A stretch of 35,357 bases of DNA from contig JAXGTM010000003.1 of NCBI GenBank assembly GCA_040774925.1, forward strand, positions 1 through 35,357, in the 5' to 3' direction. This document shows, piece by piece, positions 28,547-35,357 of the stretch. The notes below the pieces were generated by a model that was given only the letters and a program-made list of their open reading frames with translations, did no database searches and had not been told where the DNA came from. The stretch is from Atribacterota bacterium. Lineage in GTDB: Bacteria; Atribacterota; Phoenicimicrobiia; Phoenicimicrobiales; Stramentimicrobiaceae. Every line of letters starts with the position of its first letter. The first letter of the stretch is position 1. The position numbers and the translations under genes were made by a program.

Positions 28547-29728
28547 ATGAGTAGAAAGTATTTATTTACCTCTGAATCGGTCACAGAGGGGCATCCGGAT
28601 AAGATTGCCGATCAGATTTCAGATGCCATATTAGACAATGTATTAGAAAATGACCCTGCTGGTAGAGTTGGAGTCGAAGCACTGGTAAGTGCGGAAAATA
28701 TAACTATTTCAGGTCAGATACAGGCTGATTGTAAACCAGATATTCCTCAAATAATAAAAGAAGTTATTAATGAGATTGGATATACTGATAATTGTTATGG
28801 GCTAAACCCGGATTGTAGTATTTCTTTATTTGTTAATGGTCAGTCAAGGGATATTGCCTTAGGTGTTGATCGTTGCCTGGAGATGAAAACTCAAAAGGAT
28901 TATAATTCTGCTATTGGTGCAGGAGACCAGGGGATGATGTTCGGCTATGCCTGCCGGGAAACACCGGTATTGATGCCATTGCCGATTATGTTAGCCCATA
29001 AACTAACTTACCGTCTTGCCCAATTAAGAAAGAGAGGTATCCTTGAATATCTGCGACCTGACGGCAAAGCTCAGGTCACGGTATTGTATGAAGATGGATT
29101 ACCAAAAAGTGTAAAGACTGTAGTTATCGCTGCACAGCATAATACACAGGTTTCAACTGAAACTTTAGAAAATGATATTAAAGAGATGGTTATTAAAAAT
29201 GTAATACCAGAGGAACTTTTGAGAAATGATACTAGATATTATATTAACAGTACAGGCCGGTTCGAAGAGGGAGGTCCCAGGGCTGACACTGGATTAACAG
29301 GAAGAAAGATTATTGTAGATACCTATGGGGGAACGGCAAGACATGGAGGGGGCTGTTTTTCTGGAAAAGATGCTACTAAAGTTGACCGTTCTGCCAGTTA
29401 TGCTGCACGTTATGTAGCCAAAAATATTGTTGCTGCTGAATTAGCAGATCAGTGTGAGATACAATTGGCTTATACTATAGGTGTTGCTCAACCAGTCTCC
29501 ATCATGGTCAATACATTTGGAACGGGAAAAGTGGCAGATAATAAATTGGAGAAAATAGTTGAAAATATCTTTGATCTTCGACCGGGGAAAATCATTGAAT
29601 ACCTAAAACTGAGAAGACCAATATTTAAAAAGACTGCAGCCTACGGACATTTTGGAAGAGAAGAAGAAATATTTACCTGGGAAAAAGTTGATAAAATAGA
29701 CGAATTAAAAAAGGCTATAAATAAATAA
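28547..29728 (+). CDS. metK: S-adenosylmethionine synthetase
   Basis: Start re-called to ATG 28547 (SD AGGAG; the track start lies inside the terminator). Motifs [48 protein letters not shown]. Confidence 0.97.
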   Translation: MSRKYLFTSESVTEGHPDKIADQISDAILDNVLENDPAGRVGVEALVSAENITISGQIQADCKPDIPQIIKEVINEIGYTDNCYGLNPDCSISLFVNGQSRDIALGVDRCLEMKTQKDYNSAIGAGDQGMMFGYACRETPVLMPLPIMLAHKLTYRLAQLRKRGILEYLRPDGKAQVTVLYEDGLPKSVKTVVIAAQHNTQVSTETLENDIKEMVIKNVIPEELLRNDTRYYINSTGRFEEGGPRADTGLTGRKIIVDTYGGTARHGGGCFSGKDATKVDRSASYAARYVAKNIVAAELADQCEIQLAYTIGVAQPVSIMVNTFGTGKVADNKLEKIVENIFDLRPGKIIEYLKLRRPIFKKTAAYGHFGREEEIFTWEKVDKIDELKKAINK

Positions 29729-29803
29729 ACTATGACTATCTATTGCGAATTCAAAATAATTAAAAATAGTAATAACGAAAACGAATTGTGAATAAATATC
29801 AAG

Positions 29804-29837
29804 AGCCATAGGGTGGTTTTATCACTCCCCTATGGCT
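29804..29837. terminator. Hairpin between convergent metK and acyl-CoA synthetase genes
   Basis: AGCCATAGGG (29804-29813) pairs with CCCTATGGCT (29828-29837). Confidence 0.7.
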
Positions 29838-29900
29838 TTAAAAACAATAAAACTTATAAATAATTTTGTCTGATAAAAAAAACTTCAATAATTTTATAAT

Positions 29901-32087
29901 TTAATCGCAAATGCGGTTAATTATTTCTGCAAATTTTTTATGTATTTCAAATCGTTTTATTTTCAAGGTCTCGGTCAGTTCACCAGTTTCTACTGAAAAT
30001 TCTTTAGCACAAAGGGCAACTCCCATCACCGTTTCATATAAGTTAAAGCCATTTTCACGGGAAATCAGTCTCTTAACTTCCTGTTGGAACAGGGAAATAA
30101 TTTTAGGTTCTTTGAGAGATTCGCTGAAGTTTTCAATTTTAATTTTCTCTTTTTCCCAGAATGCTTTCAATGAATTAAAATTAGGTACGATAAGTACACC
30201 AAGACGAGGTTTATCCTGACCAACAACGACTGCCATTTGAATATATTCACTCTCTAATAATTTATCTTCCAGAGGTTGTGGTTCAACATTCTCGCCACCT
30301 ATGAGGACGATGGTATCTTTTAATCGGCCAACTAATTGCAGGAATTTTCCATTTTTGGTTTTTCTGCCCAGATCCCCGGTATTGAACCATCCATTTTGAA
30401 TAGCCTGAGCTGTTGTTTCTTCATTCTTGTAATAACCTTTCATAATCATTGGTCCCTGAGCTAAAACCACTCCGACTTTGCCATGTTCCACTTCTTTATT
30501 TTCTTCATCTTTGTCAACAATTTTCAATGTTACCTCTGGCATGGCTACGCCTACAGTGGAGAGTATGCTTGCCATTGGGTTTCGAGCAGATATAACAGGT
30601 GCGGTTTCAGTAAGCCCATAACCTTCACACACCAGTATGCCGACAATATCAAAAAAAGTATCAATTTTCTCAGGTAAAGCACCGCCTCCACTGATAGCAA
30701 ATCTCAATTTGCCCCCGGTAAGTGCTCTAATTTTCTTATATACCAATATATCGGCCAATTTATATTTCCACCAGTTTTGTTTAACAATTTTTCTTGCTGC
30801 AGCAACTTCTTCAACAGAAAATTCAAGTCTATCGAATAAAGGTAAGGTATTATCTACAATCCTTTGAGCATTCTTGTATTTTTTGCCTATCTCAAAAGCC
30901 CAATTAAATATCTTCCTTTGCAAGGGACTACCTTTTTGTATTTTAGCCATAGCTCCCTGATAGACACTCTCCCAGATTCGAGGGACACTGACTAAGACAG
31001 TTGGTTTTTCTAATAATAAATCAGGCAATAAAACCTGTTTGAAAGGTTTGCTATAAGCTGTAGAGGCACCAAGTGTCAGTGATAAATATTCTGCAGTTCT
31101 TTCAAATATATGCCAGGAGGGTAATATAGAGAGAAAGCGGTCGTGTTCATTGAGCTGTTGTACACCAGGCATAACCCTTACATTGTGAACGAAATTGGAA
31201 TGAATTAACATAACTCCTTTTGGGTCTGCAGTAGTACCGGAGGTATAGATTATGGTTACCAGATCATCTTCTTTAATGGTCTCAGTAATCCGGTCAATCC
31301 TGTTGTCACCATTTTTTAAAAGTTCTTCTCCCCTTTGAAATACTTCCTGAAAAGAATAGATTGGCACAGGATTATTTTTATTATATTCTTTGTCTATAAT
31401 TAAAACTCTCTGCATCAAATCTTTTTTTAAAGAAACAATATCAGATTTATTCTTATCAGATATCGATTCAAATAAAATATCTTTGTTATTTTCCAGGTAT
31501 TCGTCTAAAAATATTTGTGCTTTTGGTGATATAAAAAGTATGGAATTACTGTTTTTTATCAGATTAGTAACTGCTTTTTCAAAATTTTTTGTAGGTAGGT
31601 TATTTTCCTGAAAAGGGATTGGTTCGACCCATTCAGGAATTCCTTCTTCTGGATGCGAAAAAATATTAATTTTATCAAAAAGAATGATATTTTTAATTGC
31701 TGGAATCTTCTCTGGCATATTGAGATAATTAACCAGCTGTTTTTCACCTTCTAAAATGACAGCATTAGAGTCAGAATGTGTTAGTTTAAAAAAAATATCA
31801 CGAGGTGAACTGGTGCCGCTGGAAGGAACATCAACAGCTCTAATGTGCATAATAGCCATATCAGTCACAATCCATTCAAATCTATTTTCACTAACTAATC
31901 CAATATGATCCAATTCTTTTATCCCAATATCCAATAGCCCGGTTCCGAAGCTTCGTACTCTGTCTAAAAAGTTACGGTAGGAAACGGGGACAAATTCCCC
32001 TCCTTCTTTAATTTTAAAGGCAGGTTTTTCACTATACTTTTTTACACTTTCTTTAAGCATTTCTGTAAGGGTTTTAAAAGAAGACAT
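29901..32087 (-). CDS. Long-chain acyl-CoA synthetase (AMP-dependent ligase) with an internal insertion
   Basis: IIYTSGTTADPKGV (AMP-binding), ILPSWHIFER, SVPRIWE, EGYGLTET, GWFNTGDLG, GRLKD, GENVEP; SD GGAGGT. Confidence 0.92.
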   Translation of the reverse strand: MSSFKTLTEMLKESVKKYSEKPAFKIKEGGEFVPVSYRNFLDRVRSFGTGLLDIGIKELDHIGLVSENRFEWIVTDMAIMHIRAVDVPSSGTSSPRDIFFKLTHSDSNAVILEGEKQLVNYLNMPEKIPAIKNIILFDKINIFSHPEEGIPEWVEPIPFQENNLPTKNFEKAVTNLIKNSNSILFISPKAQIFLDEYLENNKDILFESISDKNKSDIVSLKKDLMQRVLIIDKEYNKNNPVPIYSFQEVFQRGEELLKNGDNRIDRITETIKEDDLVTIIYTSGTTADPKGVMLIHSNFVHNVRVMPGVQQLNEHDRFLSILPSWHIFERTAEYLSLTLGASTAYSKPFKQVLLPDLLLEKPTVLVSVPRIWESVYQGAMAKIQKGSPLQRKIFNWAFEIGKKYKNAQRIVDNTLPLFDRLEFSVEEVAAARKIVKQNWWKYKLADILVYKKIRALTGGKLRFAISGGGALPEKIDTFFDIVGILVCEGYGLTETAPVISARNPMASILSTVGVAMPEVTLKIVDKDEENKEVEHGKVGVVLAQGPMIMKGYYKNEETTAQAIQNGWFNTGDLGRKTKNGKFLQLVGRLKDTIVLIGGENVEPQPLEDKLLESEYIQMAVVVGQDKPRLGVLIVPNFNSLKAFWEKEKIKIENFSESLKEPKIISLFQQEVKRLISRENGFNLYETVMGVALCAKEFSVETGELTETLKIKRFEIHKKFAEIINRICD

Positions 32088-32368
32088 TACTACCTCCGAT
32101 TTACTGAGTGTTAATAGAGAAACATTTCATTAACCATATGTACTTACATGTATTAGAATAAAAGATTAAAAGCTGAAAGAGAATTTTCCATTGACTTAAT
32201 CAGTTTATCTATATTGATTAAAATCATTGTTTTTTATTAATACATTCTTTCGATTGTTCAATCGATAATACATTATATTACAAATTGTATTTTAAGTCAT
32301 TTCTATTAAATTGTTAGCTAATATCGAAAAAAGTTGACAAAATTATTCATTTTAAGTTATCTTAAAAC

Positions 32369-32393
32369 AGAATACATTTCTATATCATAGAAT
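32369..32393. promoter_or_regulatory. Putative IclR operator 1
   Basis: AGAATACATTTCTATATCATAGAAT with palindromic core TTCTAT-N3-ATAGAA, downstream of TTGACA (32334-32339)/TATCTT (32358-32363); 21/25 identical to 33248-33272. Confidence 0.75.
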
Positions 32394-32409
32394 ATGAGAT
32401 TGATTTCAA

Positions 32410-33189
32410 ATGAATAACCAAAAACCGAATTATCCCATAAAAGTATTAAATAAAGCATTTTCAATCCTCGATGTATTGCTAGAAAACAATGCTCCAATGA
32501 ATATAACAGAAATTAGTGAAAAATTAAATTTTTACCCTAGTACCACTCACCGTATATTAGATACTTTAAAATACGAAGGATATGTAGAGCAAGATGGATC
32601 AACACAAAAATATCAATTGGGTTTGAAGCTAGTGGAATTAGGAATGACTAGGCTTAATCAAATTGACTTAGTAGATGAAGCTAGGCCATTTTTAAAGGAA
32701 TTATCACAAAAAATTAACGAAACTGTCCATTTAGCAATTCTTGAAGGTTCCAGCGTTCTTTATTTAGCCAAAGAGGAGTCTTCGCAAACAATAAGAATGA
32801 TTTCTTATATTGGTAAGAGGGCACCTTTGCATTGTACATCATTAGGAAAGGTTTTGTTAGCCTTTCTCCCTCAAAAGAATAAAAATAAAGTATTAGAAAA
32901 CCTTAACTTATTCAAACTCACAGAAAATACAATAACTGATAAACATGAATTAATAGAAGAGCTAAAAAAAATTGAACAAGAAGGTTTTGCATTAGATAAA
33001 GAAGAAAATGAAAAATTTGTTCGTTGCATTGCTGCTCCAATTAGAAATTACCAGGGAAAAGTAATTGCCGCTGCAAGTATTTCCGGACCCTCTTATAGGG
33101 TAAATGAGGAGAATCAAAATTATCTAAAAGAGGAATTAATTAATGCATGCTTAAATATTTCTTTTCGTTTAGGGTTTAATCCTGGTTAA
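32410..33189 (+). CDS. IclR-family transcriptional regulator (KdgR-like by context)
   Basis: KAFSILD HTH, KYQLGLKL, NETVHLA, GKRAPLHCTSLGKVLLA, CIAAPI, SISGP. Confidence 0.95.
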   Translation: MNNQKPNYPIKVLNKAFSILDVLLENNAPMNITEISEKLNFYPSTTHRILDTLKYEGYVEQDGSTQKYQLGLKLVELGMTRLNQIDLVDEARPFLKELSQKINETVHLAILEGSSVLYLAKEESSQTIRMISYIGKRAPLHCTSLGKVLLAFLPQKNKNKVLENLNLFKLTENTITDKHELIEELKKIEQEGFALDKEENEKFVRCIAAPIRNYQGKVIAAASISGPSYRVNEENQNYLKEELINACLNISFRLGFNPG

Positions 33190-33207
33190 TCTATTTATTG
33201 AAATAAA

Positions 33208-33272
33208 TTGACAAAACTAATTTAAATGTTATAATTAAAATAAAAATAGAATTAATTTCTATAATATAGAAT
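33208..33272 (+). promoter_or_regulatory. eda-kdgK promoter plus putative IclR operator 2
   Basis: TTGACA (33208-33213), extended -10 TGtTATAAT (33227-33235); operator AGAATTAATTTCTATAATATAGAAT (33248-33272). Confidence 0.78.
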
Positions 33273-33332
33273 TCATTGTGTAAATTATTTCCAAATGCTG
33301 AATTATTATTTTTGTAAATCGGAGTTTATAAA

Positions 33333-34292
33333 ATGAATAATATTTTCAATATAATAGGAGAACTGGGAATAATCCCAGTAGTAAAGATTGACAAGGCTGA
33401 AGATGCTGTTTTCTTGGGAAAAGCTCTTATCGCGGGGGATCTTCCTGTGGTAGAAATTACTTTCAGAACCTCTGCTGCTGAGACGGCTATTAGAGCTTTA
33501 AGTAACCAACTTCCTGAAATTTTAGTAGGAGCTGGGACCGTTCTAACCATTGAACAGGCTCAAAATGCAGTGGAAGCAGGCGCCAAATTTATAGTATCAC
33601 CCGGTTTTAATGTTAAAATCGTTGATTATTGTCTGGAAAACAATATACCAGTAATTCCCGGAATAAATAATCCTACACAAATTGAGATGGCTTTAGAAAA
33701 GGGCCTTGAAGTGGTAAAATTTTTTCCAGCCGAAGCTTCCGGTGGATTAGGTCTTCTTAAAGCCCTATCCGGACCTTTTTCTGAAATCAAATTCATTCCT
33801 ACGGGAGGAATTGATCAGATGAATTTAATATCCTATCTATCCCACCCACAAGTTCTTGCCTGTGGCGGAAGCTGGATGGTGAAACCTGATTTACTTTCTT
33901 CTGGGAACTTCGATCGAATTACCGAAATCACCAGGGAAGCAGTTTCTACTATGTTAGGTTTTCAAATGGCACATTTAGGTATTAATGAGGATAATCCAGA
34001 GAAAGCAATTAATGTCGCCAACTTATTATCTCACGTTTTTTATTTTACTATCAAAGAAGGTAACAACTCAATCCTTGCCAGCCCCGGCTTTGAAATAATG
34101 AAAAATAAATGTTTAGGTAAAAATGGCCATATAGCAATAGCTACAAATAGTATGGTGAGGGCAATATCTTTTATAAAAAGAAAGGGTATTTCAATTTTAC
34201 CCGAAACAGCCAAGGAGTTTGATGGTAAATTGAAAGCTATTTATTTGGATATGGATATATCTGGATTCGCTATTCATTTAATTCAAAAATAA
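33333..34292 (+). CDS. eda: KDPG/KHG aldolase with a ~110-aa C-terminal extension
   Basis: EITFRT, VGAGTV, FIVSPG, VKFFPAE, FIPTGGI, ACGGSW; 319 aa versus about 210 aa for the canonical enzyme. Confidence 0.93.
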   Translation: MNNIFNIIGELGIIPVVKIDKAEDAVFLGKALIAGDLPVVEITFRTSAAETAIRALSNQLPEILVGAGTVLTIEQAQNAVEAGAKFIVSPGFNVKIVDYCLENNIPVIPGINNPTQIEMALEKGLEVVKFFPAEASGGLGLLKALSGPFSEIKFIPTGGIDQMNLISYLSHPQVLACGGSWMVKPDLLSSGNFDRITEITREAVSTMLGFQMAHLGINEDNPEKAINVANLLSHVFYFTIKEGNNSILASPGFEIMKNKCLGKNGHIAIATNSMVRAISFIKRKGISILPETAKEFDGKLKAIYLDMDISGFAIHLIQK

Positions 34293-34322
34293 GAATAATA
34301 GTTTTTATAAAAAAGAGGAGCT

Positions 34323-35351
34323 ATGGCAAAATATATTACCTTTGGTGAAATTATGTTAAGGTTAAAACCGCCTCAGTTTGAACGTTTTTTTCAGAGTCCT
34401 CTTCTCGAGGCTACTTTTGGTGGTGGAGAAGCAAATGTAGCAGTTGGGCTAGCTAGATTCGGCCTTGAAACTGCTTATGTTTCAGTCATTCCTGATAATC
34501 CTATTGGTGATGCATGTATCAAAGAATTAAAAAAACAGGGAATAGATACCTCACTTATAGTTCAAAAAGGCGAAAGACTTGGTATTTACTTCTTAGAGGC
34601 CGGGGCAAACCAAAGGCCTTCAGTAGTAGTTTATGATCGATCACACTCAGCTATTGCTGAAGCGGGAGTAGGTGATATTGACTGGGATAGAATTTTTCAA
34701 AATGCAAGATGGTTTCACATTTCGGGTATTACCCCGGCTATCTCATCCTCAGCAGCAGATCTATCGCTGGAGTCCGTAAAAAAGGCCAAGGAAAAGAATG
34801 TTACTGTATCCTGTGATTTGAATTTCCGGAAAAACCTCTGGAAATATGGAAAATCTGCTTCAGAAATTATGGGAGAAATAATAAAATATGTTGATATAGC
34901 AATAGGGAATGAAGAAGATTGTCAGAAATCTTTAGGGATAAAATTTGATATAGATGTGGAGTCTGGGAAATTACCCGCAGAACAGTATAAAAAAATGACC
35001 AGCAAAGTATTAAGCATATATCCCAATACTAAGAAAATAGCCATTACTTTAAGGGAAAGTTATTCTGCAGATCATAACGGTTGGTCAGCTGTTCTTGACA
35101 ATGGGAAAGATTTTTTTGTTTCAAAAAAATATGAGATACGCGATATTGTTGATAGAGTAGGTGGAGGAGATGCTTTCGCTGCTGGATTAATATATGGCTT
35201 AAATCACCTCTCCAGTGACCAAGAAGCCCTTGAATTTGCCGTTGCCTCATCATGTCTTAAACACTCCATTCCTGGTGATTTACCTCTGTTAACAGTTGGA
35301 GAAGTTAATAAATTAGTATCAGGCTCAAGTTCAGGCAGAGTTCAGAGATAA
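34323..35351 (+). CDS. kdgK: 2-keto-3-deoxygluconate kinase (PfkB family)
   Basis: [49 protein letters not shown]-terminal GRVQR. Confidence 0.92.
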   Translation: MAKYITFGEIMLRLKPPQFERFFQSPLLEATFGGGEANVAVGLARFGLETAYVSVIPDNPIGDACIKELKKQGIDTSLIVQKGERLGIYFLEAGANQRPSVVVYDRSHSAIAEAGVGDIDWDRIFQNARWFHISGITPAISSSAADLSLESVKKAKEKNVTVSCDLNFRKNLWKYGKSASEIMGEIIKYVDIAIGNEEDCQKSLGIKFDIDVESGKLPAEQYKKMTSKVLSIYPNTKKIAITLRESYSADHNGWSAVLDNGKDFFVSKKYEIRDIVDRVGGGDAFAAGLIYGLNHLSSDQEALEFAVASSCLKHSIPGDLPLLTVGEVNKLVSGSSSGRVQR

Positions 35352-35357
35352 GAAATA

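Noticed and set aside
1-35357. CRISPR arrays, tRNA/rRNA genes, transposases, prophage or defence systems
   Set aside because: None seen by eye: no regularly spaced repeats and no integrase, transposase or nuclease motifs in any ORF.

Overview
AT-rich bacterial chromosomal segment from a probable anaerobic sugar/peptide fermenter. It has sigma70-type promoters and strong GGAGG Shine-Dalgarno sites; an Atribacterota- or Firmicutes-like origin is only an impression. Left to right: a small unlisted ORF; a marR-lon pair with twin operator boxes; a ~12 kb sugar-acid locus (FGGY pentulose kinase, LacI regulator, SiaP-like TRAP transporter, an uncharacterised deoxyhypusine-synthase-fold protein, kdsB, YhcH/NanQ-family protein, DHDPS/NanA-family aldolase, fucI); a PNPOx-ferredoxin gene with a second TRAP transporter; a GyrI-like protein; an amber-interrupted isochorismatase; a MATE pump; a C69 peptidase; a MATE remnant; a PEGA protein; a PatB/MalY C-S lyase; a SAM-I riboswitch with metK; an acyl-CoA synthetase; and iclR-eda-kdgK. 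The best candidate for an undescribed system is the sugar-acid locus. It reads as uptake, catabolism and salvage of Kdo or a Kdo-like ulosonate (Kdo -> pyruvate + D-arabinose -> D-ribulose -> D-ribulose-5-P), with an unexplained CMP-activating enzyme paired to a DHS-fold protein that appears to lack the DHS catalytic lysine. No rRNA, tRNA, CRISPR array or intact transposase was seen. All product calls come from recognised motifs, not database searches.
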